From positions 15,810,001-15,874,000 of the forward strand of contig OX597826.1 of NCBI GenBank assembly GCA_951406725.2: a stretch of DNA of 64,000 bases. Reading direction: 5' to 3'. Shown here piece after piece: positions 1 to 12,619 of this stretch. A program made the position numbers and the translations under genes. The notes beneath the pieces were generated by a model. That model saw only the letters and a program-made list of their open reading frames with translations, was not told the origin of the DNA and did no database searches. This stretch comes from Octopus vulgaris. Lineage: Eukaryota. Position 1 is the first letter of the stretch, and the number at the start of each line of letters is the position of its first letter.

Positions 1-517
1 AGCAAAACCATTTCATTTTTTCCTTCCCACATACATTTTCCTTGCAACAATTCATGTACCAGGAACACTTTATTTAAATAAACAACCCAATAAATTACGG
101 TCTTGTGCCAATATCAAAAATCAATATTTTGCATATTTTCCGGCACTCTGCAAATAACTGAAATCATAAATCAATATGGAAAATGTATATTACTGGAATA
201 TAGAAAGAGTATGATCATTATTATTACTTTTTTTTTTGGCGGGGGGAAATGGATAAAGTATATAACTTACACAAGTTTCCATTTAGCTTCATACGAATTT
301 CCTCAATGATGTAGCATTTCGATTTATAATAATCTATGAAAGTATATTTTCTTTATTTCTTTTTCAAAATATTTGTAATATTTCACCTTTTGTTTCCTCT
401 ATCCTTCTGTTTTTCTTTCTGTGTAGAACTTGTGAAACTTAGGAACTATATTTAACAACGAAATATTTGCATTACATACCAGACATAATAGGACACATGT
501 AGACATAAACGCACAAT

Positions 518-823
<306 letters not shown>

Positions 824-1283
824 TTCACATACATATATCCATGCGTGCAGGTGGATGTATGTGTACGAGTGGGGGAAATTTCACGAGATGATCTTTTCGA
901 ATTGCATTAGATACGCACATGGCATGCTTACAATAGACAGCTGCACATTACATCTCTTCTATTAGCTTCGTGGTGAACCATATTTTTTCATCATTTCTTT
1001 GAAATTTAAAATTATAAAAGGAGGGTATAAATGTAACATGCTTTATCTTTTTTATACTCACTGGAATGATAAATATGCATTTAAATATGTGAAGATCATA
1101 GCAATTTTCTTAATATTTCAGTTTTTAAAATGTTTTGCATTGTACCACTTTCTGATAGAGTTTTCAATCTCCAATATAATATGCACAAAATGCCTTCATA
1201 TGTATATTTATGCAAATATGCACATACACGTTTACTAGCATACATGCATACATATATACATACACTCCACATATATATAAGTA

Positions 1284-1300
1284 TATTAATACACAAACAC

Positions 1301-1352
<52 letters not shown>

Positions 1353-1426
1353 TTGTTTATGTGTGTATATATACATATATATGCGTATATATATGTAAAT
1401 ATATATACGCACATATATATATACAG

Positions 1427-1485
<59 letters not shown>
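1284..1485. repeat. (TA)n/(TG)n compound microsatellite
   Basis: Seen directly in the sequence. Confidence 0.95.
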
Positions 1486-1486
<1 letters not shown>

Positions 1487-2002
1487 GCAGTGGGAATATG
1501 TCTTTGTATAACAGCAGCTATGGGAAAGGGAATAGAAATACGTAGTGATTCCACGGAAATAGATGGAGGTTGTAAAAAGGAAGTGCAATCCAAAATTCCT
1601 CGACGAAAGATTTTTTCCTCTGAATAAGAGAGATTACATTTTGTATATGCAGAATGGAAAATCAATAGAAAAAATGCTGTGAATTACAATGATTCAGTTG
1701 AAATAGCTGATGAGATAAGTGGACACTGTATGAGCAGTTATCGCATCAGATTAACGTGTATACATAGATACACACACTCACAAAGACCTACGCACAGACA
1801 TACAAGTGTATACTCACAAACATGAATAAACGGTTACATGCAAACACTTATGTGAAGTTTTCATATGTTGTTATTAACAAAATGAATATTTATAATTAAA
1901 TTCATAGTAAAATGGAGAGCAAATATAAAATGTATGCATAATTTCATCATATATGTGAGATCATTTTTCCTGTACCCGCATAATATATATACATATATAT
2001 AT

Positions 2003-2043
2003 ACTAGCATTATGACCCGTCATTGCCGGGTCATAGTGCTAGT
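2003..2043. repeat. 41-bp palindrome with ACTAG/CTAGT ends; probable Helitron-type terminal hairpin
   Basis: actagcattatgacccg-tcattgc-cgggtcatagtgctagt: 17-nt arms with 16/17 Watson-Crick pairs. CTAG plus a GC-rich hairpin resembles a Helitron 3' terminus. Confidence 0.6.
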
Positions 2044-2159
2044 GCATGTATATATGTGTATATATATGTCTACATATTACATGTACATCTACACATAAAA
2101 TACAAAATATAAAGTTATATCTTGATATCGCTAGTGATAACAATACTCAAAATATATAA

Positions 2160-2697
2160 CAGACTGGAATTGTAGGCCCGTCTCTTGCAATTTCGATCAA
2201 TTGTATCTTGTCCTCCCTCTTGTATAGAAGTGTGGCTACAATCCAGCCTAGCTCTACTTCTGGGGGAACATCTTAAATTTTTATCCGGGACTTCCTACGT
2301 CCCAGGTATAAAGGTAAAAATAAAACATTTCCACTTTGCAAGGTTCCAGTCGAGTAATCCCTTGCACGCTCCGTTGACTCGAACCTTGCTTCTATTGTGG
2401 CGAATTTACCGCCTCTGGTTAGATATCTTTCATAGCCGCACCAAGACACTTTTCGATGGTGCTTTCCTCCAGGTGTTCAAATCTTTTTTTTTTCCCTACA
2501 TTGTATACTTTATAGACAATGGTCTTTTCTTTAATTTAATTTTTTATTTCGTTTGGTGGTGTTATCCTAGATTCGCCGTTTTTGTCGGTGATCAATCCGA
2601 AATAGGTTTGTATTTCTTCCATTTTAATTTTAATGAGTTGGCGCCCGCCGACGGCTGCAGCAAAATTCATTTTTGGACTTTCTTCTATCGAAGGCAT
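2160..2697 (-). pseudogene. Decayed non-LTR retrotransposon ORF1-like (RNA-binding/gag-like) N-terminal fragment
   Basis: Minus strand reads MPSIEESPKMNFAAAVGG...KTIVYKVYN..., then after frameshifts FATIEARFESTERARDY...LYLGRRKSRIKI*DVPPEVELGWIVATL. The xFAAAV start and I.I..VPPE motif resemble L1/Tx1-type ORF1. Stops and frameshifts present. Confidence 0.45.
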
Positions 2698-3353
2698 TTT
2701 AACAAAAATGCTTCCGTATAAACGGTGAAAATATTGTCAATTTCCCCAAACAGGTACACAATTCAATTTTTAAACAATAACCAAAGCTCCTTCTCCCAAA
2801 GGGGTAGGGTTATAGTTTACAATTGTTTAACAAATGCAACACAACAACGTTTCCCTTTCGAGGGACCAAGAAACGTGATTACAATAGTTAAACAGTAATA
2901 ATAATAGCAACAAACCTTACGGTGAATCAAAACGCAGTACGCAGTTTACTTTTGTTATGTTACGATTTAATTATTATATTATACTTTAGTTTGATTTTAA
3001 TTATTACTTCCTACATATAATTCAATTGTTATTATTATCTCTCATTTTTATTAGTTAAGTGAATGTATCTGACATAAAATAGAGAAATGTTTTTGTTTCA
3101 CTTTTAACACGTAATACTGAAATAGTGGAGAAGATATGATATTGCTATGGGCTCGCCCTGGGCAAGAAGTTGAAAATGTTCTTTGTCGGTGATACTCCCC
3201 GGCCCCTAAGTAAGGCATGTGTAAAATTTGAATGGAATTAGTTGCGTAGATCTCAAGTTTTAGGGAAACACACAAACAGACAGACAGATAGACACACATT
3301 CTCAGTTTTATATATACACACACACATATATATATATATATATATGGAGAGAG

Positions 3354-3354
<1 letters not shown>

Positions 3355-3427
<73 letters not shown>
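3355..3427. repeat. (GATA)n microsatellite
   Basis: Seen directly in the sequence. Confidence 0.97.
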
Positions 3428-3890
3428 CTCTATACACCCCCGCAAAAATATATATATATTCTATATATATTGTGAATTGGTTAAAAATAAAGTAAATTTT
3501 GACACCCTAGCGGATGATGTAATATGATAAATTCTGGTATATTATAAACGGTCATTTGTTATTTGAGACAAAAATCCTATCAAACATTCCTTAGGAATTA
3601 CTCGCGAAACGTTTGAGTTCGGCAAAGAACATCGTGCAATTCCGAATAAGTACGAAATATTTAACGGACATATATTTAGTTACTTGACAGGAATTAATTT
3701 TCAAGCCAACTTTTTCTCGAGCAATGTTTCTGCTCTGTTCTTATTGTTGATGGTTAGCCTCTGCTTTAGTAGATAAGAGATTCTAGCCGTGATTATCCCA
3801 TCGTTGTATTCAAATTTATATTACCTAGAATTACAGTACCCAATGTGTATTTTCCAAGAAGATCGAAAACAGTAATTTGTGTGTGAGTGT

Positions 3891-3891
<1 letters not shown>

Positions 3892-3927
<36 letters not shown>
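3892..3927. repeat. (GA)n microsatellite
   Basis: Seen directly in the sequence. Confidence 0.95.
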
Positions 3928-3930
<3 letters not shown>

Positions 3931-4078
3931 AAGAGTACATTGCTACTCCTAACAAGCCTGTTGATGACATATAAGCTTAATGATCGAATTATGCATGCCA
4001 AACAGTGTGAGACCGTATTTTTAAATATTATAAACTGTCAATCCAGAAGACAATAATTTCGACGATGTCAGAATCATA

Positions 4079-5353
4079 TTAGGTTGTTCCGGAAATAATG
4101 ACAGCTTTAAGTGTTGTGTTTTGAAACGCAATTTCATTAGAGAATTTTAATTATATTTGAGATGCTTAATAATTGATGTGTGCTCATTAATAATTTTCTA
4201 CTTATTTCAAGTAGAAAACATTCTTGAAGCAGAGGTGCCCTTAATTATGAACATGACAAAAAAAAAACGACCGTCGTTTACTTTTCTTGCATTCTTGTAT
4301 GAGTTCCAGCTTGGGCATAATGCCTCCCAAAACGCTGCCAATATCAATAGAGCAAAGGGAGAGGGGTTCACAAGTGATCACACAGAACGAAGGTGGTTTC
4401 AGAAATTCCGTAATGGTGATGAGAGCCTTGAAGATGAAGAGAGTAGAGGACGGTCATGCAGTCTTGACAATTAACAATTGAAAGCAATTGTTGAAAAAAC
4501 CCACGTCAAAGTGTCAGAGAGATGTCTCGGGCACTTGGTGTCAGCATTGCAACGGTCTCACGCAGAATATTGGTGAAGTGAAAATGCTCGATAAATAGGT
4601 ACCGCATGAGCTCAATGAAAATCAAAATGTTCGACGTTTTGAAGTTTGCTTAATGCTCTCTCTGCGAAACACCAATGTTCCCTTTCTTGACCGAATAGTC
4701 ACTTGTGACGAAAAGTGGATCCTTTATGATAACCGTAAACGATTAGATCAATAGCTTGATCGTGATAAATGTACCAAATATTTCCCTAAGCCAAAGTTGC
4801 ATTAGCAAAAGATTATGATGACAGTCTCGTGGTTTTCAATTGGTATTGTCGGTTTCAGCTTTCTCGAAGCCAATCAGAACATTACAGCAAAGGTTTACTG
4901 CAATGAACTCGTTGAAATACATAACCACTTGCAAAAAATGAGACCTTCATTGATGGATCGGCGTGGCCTACTTCTGCACCAAGATAATGCAAAGCCACAT
5001 GTTGCAAGAATGACATTGCAAAACCATACAGACTTGGGATACGAGACCTTACCACACCCTCCATATTTTCTTGATCCTTCACCCGCTGACTACCATTTTA
5101 AAGCATTTAAACGCGTTTTTAAGTGATAAAACTTTCAGGTCCAAACCAGAGGTAGAATAATCAGCTTTGAAAAATATCTTAGCATCAAAGCCAATAAGTT
5201 TTTATCTAAGAGGCATAAATAATCTCGTTGATCGATGGCAGAGATGCATACATGGTCACGGCTCATACTTTGACTAATTAAAACATTTCTATCGTTAATT
5301 TTTCCCGAAAATAATTGTTCCTGAAATTGGCAATTATTTTCGAAACAACCTGA
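4079..5353 (+). mobile_element. Full-length but inactivated mariner (DD34D) transposon
   Basis: TIRs ttaggttgttccggaaataatg / caattattttcgaaacaacctga, flanked by TA at 4077-4078 and 5354-5355; about 1.27 kb. Motifs: RRWFQKFRNGDESLEDE, *VPHEL, IVTCDEKWILYDNRKR, LHQDNAKPH, HPPYFLDPSPADYH. Multiple stops and frameshifts. Confidence 0.95.
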
Positions 5354-6980
5354 TATTATGACTCGAATATTTATTGATTTTGGTTTGAGTCAATTATAAC
5401 ATGTCAGTTTGTTGTGTTGAACGTAGCATCTATCAGACTGATATTAGAATGTGGTATTTTGGTTTTCATCAAATTATGTTGATTTGTCTTAGTGAATGAT
5501 TACATAAAATATATGAAATATAGAATGTATAGGTTACGATATGAGTTATTATTTTTAATGGTTGTACTTTTTTAACATGTGAAGTTCATTTCCTACTTTA
5601 TACCAGGGTTTCCGAAAGGGAGCCATATGAGCCAGGGCGGGGGCATGAAACATTTCATGGGGCCAGAAAGCTAAGTTTGAAAAATAGGGACCCACATGGG
5701 ATACGGGCGGCAAAGAAAATTTTGAAAGCATAAAATATTAGTATGTAGGTATGTATTTTTATTTGTAAAATGTACATTATATATATACATATAAGAAACA
5801 CGTGTATATGCGTTTATAATTATAAAGAAGCATCCTTATGTACAAAATTTCTATTACGTACATATATGTACCCAAAGAACACATGTTAAAATATTAGATT
5901 GTGAGTGCTGTATGTCTGGTTTGTAAGATGAACAGCTACATATCATTGCATCATACCAAATTGCTCCAAAATTTTAAAGCTGCAAAACATACATATATAA
6001 TCAACAGAGCAGAAAGCAGTCACAGTTTTTAGTCAAAACTCCACTTCAACATTATTGACGACATAGAAAAACTCATCCAATCAACAGCGCCCATGCTAAC
6101 TCATTAACATCTGCACAAGTCACATTAAGATTCATTTTACTTTTTTTGCTTTGTCAAATTATACTGTCTTCTTTCTCATTCTCTCTGATCATCTCATCCT
6201 GTTTCTGCTCTTGATTCCGTACTTGCTTGCTCAATTATATTTTTGTGCGTGGTTAGTGTGCAAGTATCTACTTCTTTTTACTTCATTTTACCTAAGTTGC
6301 TTAAGTTACTTTAATTATCATAAATATTCCATGTAGATCCATAGCATCAGAGGCGAGGGCGGAAAGGTCGATCCACCAAGTTAAACCATTGATCAATCAT
6401 TTAAACTGGACCAAAGCCATCAGGAAAACTGTTTCTTCGCATACGAGTATAGGATTTATTTAAAAATTATATAATTAATAAGAGCTCTGAGAAGTATTCA
6501 AACTAAGATGGGGAATGAAGAGGAAGGTGAGAGAATTAGGGAACACTGAAAACAAATAAACAATTCATTAGAAAACTAGATAAAATCATTCTTATATGCA
6601 CTTTTATACAACTATTAAATTATTAATCAATTTAATTATTCAATAATTGCTCACTGAATAGTATTTACACTTAATTTAATTAGAGTAAAATTTAATATTG
6701 AACTATGTTTAATAGAATATAACAAAATATATTATAAAATCATTTTTCTTTAAAAAAGAAAATACATTTTCAATATACTTTGCTAACTCGTTTCGGCAAT
6801 TCGAGTTTCATTCAACAATAAATCAGCCCTATTTTCTCCATGAGTTTACCAGCTCACTTGCTTTAACTATAAATTTTATAATTTATTTTTTTAAAATTAA
6901 TTTTCTTTCTGGATTGTCAACTGAAAAGGGAATGATGAATGTTTGTCTTGTTATTTTTATTTTTTATAAACATACATATA

Positions 6981-7154
6981 GGCGCAGGAGTGGGTGTGTG
7001 GGAAGTAGCTTGCTTATAAACCACATGGTTCTAGGTTCAGTCTCACTGCGTGGCCCCTTGGGCAAGTGTCTTCCACTATAGCCTCGGGCCGACCAAAGCC
7101 TTGTGAGTGGATTTGGTAGACGGAAACTGAAAAGAAGCCCGTCGTATATATGTA

Positions 7155-7250
<96 letters not shown>

Positions 7251-7449
7251 TGTGTCTGTGTTTGTCCCCCTAGCATTGCTTGACAACCGATGCCGGTGTG
7301 CTCATGTCACGGTCACTTAGCGGTTCGGCAAAAGAGACCGATAGAATAAATACTGTGCTTACAAAAGAATAAGTCCCGGGCTCGAGTTGCTCGATTAAAG
7401 GCGGTGCTCTAGCATGGCCTCTGTCAAATGACTGAAACAAGTAAAAGAA
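6981..7449 (+). mobile_element. tRNA-derived SINE, family A, with internal (TA)n(TG)n
   Basis: A/B-box-like head (gagtgggtgtgtgg...ggttcagtc), ccttgggcaagtg core, internal microsatellite, tail tgactgaaacaagtaaaaga. Near-identical copies at 19689 and 23371. Confidence 0.9.
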
Positions 7450-7657
7450 TATTAATCCGTTTTTCCTGATTATTATAGCCTTTGATTTATATAGCCTTGT
7501 ATTTATAAACTTTATAAGCTTAGATATAATTATTTTCTTGGCTAAAAAGTTATATTGGTTTAACTTACTCTGTATTCACCCCTGACGAAAACGCTTGAAA
7601 CTAACCTCTTGTTTATTCAACATTTTTGAAAATATTTGTTTATTATTTCACATAAAC

Positions 7658-8910
7658 ATGGAAAGTATACCCAAAAAGGAGCGTAAACAATATTCTGTCG
7701 CATATTTTGCTTATGGATTCATTAAATCTCCACAAAATTTTACCTTGCTTATGTATCTGCTATGCATGACTTCGTTCTCAAATGAAAGTATGCGTTCTTG
7801 AAAACTAAAAAAAATAAACATCTGGAGACTGCACATAGAGGTGAGAAAGACAAGCAACTAGATTTCATCAAAAGGGGACATGATGAATTTCAAGGAAGGA
7901 TGAGAGTGGATCAAATGTTCACTCAAAAAGCAGCAAAAGTAGACAAGAGAGCAAATTTAATTCCAAAAGCTGGTAAACCTCACACCATTGGTGGATCTTT
8001 GATCATGCCTGCTGTGGCTGTAGTGCTCTCAATAGTCATGGATCAGAGTCCACAAGAGGTTCCGAGTGTTATTCCCCTCAGCAACGCATCAATATCATGA
8101 CGGATTGATGAAATGGCAACTGATGTTGAAAGCCAATTAGTTTCAAAACGTAGGGTTAATGAATTCTCACTTCAAATAGATGAATCAACTCTATCTGATA
8201 ATTATGGTATTTTAATGGCATTTGTTAGGTTTTAATGTTAATGATATATGTCAAGAATTGCTTTTTGCTTTGAAATTAATGACTGACACAAAAGAGAAAT
8301 CCATAATCAAAAAGGTTGGAGCCTATTTTGAAGAGAACAACATTTCATTGAGCAACAGATGGCGCTGCTGCTATAATCAGAAGATATCGGGGATTCAGTG
8401 CTTACTTTAAACAAGCTGTTTTAATGTGCTTTGTGTGCACCGTGTTCTTCATCGACAGCATCTGGTTGCCAAACACATAGCAGGACGTTTGAATGATGCA
8501 CTTATAAATGTTATCAGAGCTGTCAATTTGATAAAAAAGAAGAATGCACTGCAAGATCGCCTCTTTAAGCAATTATGTGAAAATAACGACAAGGAATTTG
8601 GACGACTTGTGTTGTCAGATAGCTATCCAAAGGTAATTGCTTGCAACGCTTTGTTGCACTTGGGGACACTGTTATCTCTTTTTTGAGTGAAACAGAATTT
8701 GGAGAGAAACTTGCCTGACATACTTGAAAAGCTAAATGTCCTTAACAAGAACTTCAAGGAAATATATCCACTGTGTTTTCTTGCAAAGTGAAATTTAAAA
8801 GTTTCTTGGAAGACGGGAATTTTCAGTTTCCTTCCTTAGCAAGCGTATCAACCGCGCTGCTTGATGATGACTTAACAGATTACGTTGATCATTTGAAGCA
8901 GTTACATAAT
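7658..8910 (+). pseudogene. Buster-type hAT transposase pseudogene (ZBED8/SCAND3-like family)
   Basis: RKQYSVAYFAYGF...C...SNESM (BED-finger-like), GKPHTIG.SLIMPA, IPLSNASIS, RIDEMATDVE, FSLQIDEST (catalytic D), DGAAA, HRVLHRQHLVAK (CxxH region); fragmented over several frames. Confidence 0.9.
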
Positions 8911-8911
8911 G

Positions 8912-8912
<1 letters not shown>

Positions 8913-8990
<78 letters not shown>
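8913..8990. repeat. (CA)n(TA)n microsatellite
   Basis: Seen directly in the sequence. Confidence 0.95.
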
Positions 8991-8994
<4 letters not shown>

Positions 8995-9789
8995 ATGCTG
9001 GCCTTATATGAGCATGTTTATGTTAATAAAATGAGACAACAGAGCGAAGGCTGTGTGGAATTTTCAGGACATTTCTAAAGAGAAATGTTCTGGAATATTA
9101 GAGATATCCATTCACCAGAGATGATGTGAGATGGTTGAATAGAGGGAAATATTAGAGTTCAATATAAGGAGTGATTTTGGAAAAGAAGGAAATAAGGAGT
9201 CTTATAGGGAAATAAGAGAATGAATATAGAAATAAAAATAAAAATGAAGATATGTGAAGATGTTACAGTTGCAGTTCCCATTATTCAAGGTGTGTAGAAG
9301 TGGAAGAAATGCTTCTTGTCCTTGATATGTAAATTTCAATAAGCGTTCATATTTTGTCATTACAAATAGAAAGTGTGGAGCACGTAGATTACATTTGAAG
9401 GAGTCTTGTGATGTGAATGAAAATTTGAGAATGTAGTAGTAGTATTAATTCGATAGAGAGAGGAGAAGAGATGTCTATGTTAAAATGAGGAGAGATGTCG
9501 TAGGAAAAGGAGAGAAGAGAAGAAACGAAAGAGGAATCGGAAATAAAAACAAGAGAAAATGAGAAAGAAAGAGTGAAAGAAAGTGAAAAAACTGAAAATA
9601 GGAGTGTCAGTTGGTGGTCAAGATGTTATGAGGGCTGAGAGAAGGGAGTAGGGGAGGGACAGGAAGAGATAAGAATGTAAGTAATTAATATATGTGAGGT
9701 GAGTGGGTTGGGGTAATATGATAGAATGGGATACCTATATGCATATACATTTCAGCATGCGTATACATTGAAACAGACACGTTCATATT

Positions 9790-10332
9790 TATTCATATAT
9801 TCACACACATATACGCGCACACACGTAAGTATATATACACACACACGCAGGAGTGCTTCCATACTCTTCTGCGTACTCTAGTGTATGTGCATTCACTCAT
9901 ACATATACATAAACAAATATTTGTGTGTGTGTATGTATATATACACACGCAACTACATAAACAAACTTGTGTGCATATGCACACACACACATATATATAT
10001 ATATACATACGTATATATACACACATATACCTAAACATACTTACATACAAACATGTGCTCATACACATACACACATACACGTGTATGCGTCTATTCATAC
10101 ACATACATATGTACAGAAATACTCATCCACATACACATACATACACGGTCAAAGTATATCTTCGTATACACATGCTTCATTACATGTGTGCAATGCAAAC
10201 ATTCGCATAAGTACGTGAAAGATGAGTATATTTTGTTAACTTGTTTGTAAAAATAACTGTTATAAGAGAGGAGAGAATGGTGTAAGTGGAAGATAAATTA
10301 GAGTAGAAGATGTGTATGTATATAGGTACGTA

Positions 10333-10402
<70 letters not shown>

Positions 10403-10650
10403 CACACATATATATGCATATATACATGTATGTGCATGAATAAATATACACATATACATATAAATATGCACATTTAGAATTATGTAAGTGGAAAAGGATT
10501 TTGGAGTATACAGGAGATGTGTGTAACACATTAATTCAAATTGTGAAGTAATTTATATACATGCATAGACATACTCATATATACATATATATATATATAT
10601 ATATATGAGTGTGTGTATGTACATATATATACGTATACACATATACATAT
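9790..10650. repeat. Degenerate (CA/TA)n low-complexity region
   Basis: Mixed dinucleotide repeats. Confidence 0.9.
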
Positions 10651-10739
10651 CCTAAATCCAAATCTGATATTTTTGTTATTAAATATTTTCACACATTTAG
10701 AGTATTTAAAGGCTTTTTTTTAATAATATATCTAATGGA

Positions 10740-11320
10740 TCTCATAAAATTTAACAAGAAACTGGACCAACTCTATCATAATAAAAGTTCTTCTAATATA
10801 CTTGGTAACTCAATAAATTTTATAAGTAATAACGACAATTATCAGAATAACCAGAAGACAATTACCCCTAATAATATAGACATAACACCATTGTAGCAAC
10901 TAATAATTTAAATTGTAATTGTAGAAACCCAAATACTTGTGAAGTAGAATAGACGGAAATTGTAAAATGAAATAAATAGTATGACAAGCAGCAATTATTA
11001 CCCATAATCTCTTTAAATATATATACATCAATTGTGCGAAGAATTCTTTAAAATTAAGAATAAATAATCATAAATTATCATTTACTGACCCTAGAAAAGA
11101 GAATAGCACAGGTCTATCCCCAACAGTTTGCCAACTCAAAAGAAGCAATGTAGATTACTCTATTTCTTGGAAAATACTATTTTCAGCTGCATCTTATATA
11201 TATAATAACAAAATCTTTAAATTATGCTTGAAAGAGTTATAAAATAATGAAATTGAATGGTCTCTTAATTCTAAAAATGAAAAAGATTTTTCATGTACAC
11301 AGATGTCAAAATACCTTTTT
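10740..11320 (+). mobile_element. Penelope-like element relic, GIY-YIG endonuclease region
   Basis: CNCRNPNTC zinc-knuckle-like motif at about 10913, then KLRINNHKLSFTDPRKENSTGLSPTVCQLKRSNVDYSISWKIL...Y...KLCLKE, matching the PLE EN pattern R..NH..SF......T.LS...W.LK......I.W.I......C.LC..E. Confidence 0.75.
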
Positions 11321-11595
11321 ATTAATCTTAAATAATATTTCCACCCCTACCTTAACTCTTATCATTTCCCTTCTCTTTCTAATAATTCTTTTTTTTTTTG
11401 TTGTGGCTAAAATACCTTTTTCTATATACTAGCCTTCCCTAAGGTATCGTTTCATCTTATACTATATGGATATATATTTATTACTTATCCATCCCTCTTA
11501 TAACTACATGATCCACATTATATTGATCTAACATCTCTTCCAAATGGCCATTAACTTCCCTTTCTCTCAATTATATTTCTAGATCTTCCCTCAAT

Positions 11596-11609
11596 ACACA
11601 CACACGCAC

Positions 11610-11686
<77 letters not shown>
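11596..11686. repeat. (CA)n(TA)n microsatellite
   Basis: Seen directly in the sequence. Confidence 0.95.
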
Positions 11687-12154
11687 CTTTCGTTTTCTGT
11701 GATTTTTTTCTTTTGGATAACATGTACTTAAATACACTCCTCTCTTACCTATTCTAATTATTATTTATTTAAACTTAATTGCCTATTGCCAATCTGTTTG
11801 GTACTTAATTACTTCTTACAAGTGATATATACAAACACTTATAATACTTCTGGGTGTCCAATTTGCCCATCTATATTTTTTCTTTATGTTTCTCTTCCTT
11901 TTTCTTTCTTTTTGGTAATCTATTACATTTGTATAATATATACTTTAAAACATACCACTCTTAACTATTCCAATTTTATAATTGCTTAAATTTACTTGCC
12001 AACCTACCTGATATTTAATTAAATCTTAAAACTGATATATGCTCACATATATCTAATAATACTAGTAATTGGTGCCCTACTCTTCTACAAAATGTATGCA
12101 CTTATAGATAATTTTCTTATGTAACTTTTTGTGTTGTACATCTAATTGATTTTA

Positions 12155-12290
<136 letters not shown>

Positions 12291-12619
12291 TTTTTATTAA
12301 TATTTTTATGATTAATATTGCTGCTTATTAACTATATATTAACACTGATTTATATTCTATATTTTCAATTATAAAATGATTACACATAAAATTATGACCC
12401 ACATTCATAAACACATATATGCATATTATTTTATATATATATACATAATTAGGCTAAAATCATTATTTAATGATTTATCAGTCACTTGCATACTAAAAAT
12501 ATCATAATGGTTAATTTATATCAAAATTATAATTTTAACCTACAGCCTCATTGTATTATTTGTTTCTTTCTTATGGGTAGAATCGGCACATGAGTAGCGT
12601 GAAGCAAACGACTCTTTTT

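Larger units (their letters stand above)
5604..8910 (+). mobile_element. hAT (Buster/Charlie-like) transposon, 3'-truncated, with a nested SINE
   Basis: Left end cagggtttccgaaaggg resembles CAGGG-type hAT termini. Transposase relic at 7658-8910. No right TIR seen; the element ends in (CA)n. Confidence 0.75.

Noticed and set aside
2185-2721. 178-aa plus-strand ORF
   Set aside because: Antisense shadow of the minus-strand ORF1-like relic; no recognisable motif.
7578-7605. CTGACGA...GAAA hammerhead candidate (also CTGATGA...GAAA near 28537)
   Set aside because: No stem I or stem II pairing.
9050-9735. Purine-rich region with a minus-strand SNVIY motif, possibly an ancient PLE
   Set aside because: Only one short motif; no continuous frame recovered.
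12580-12618. Possible decayed hammerhead downstream of the 10740 PLE relic
   Set aside because: Both core boxes are corrupted; cannot be supported.
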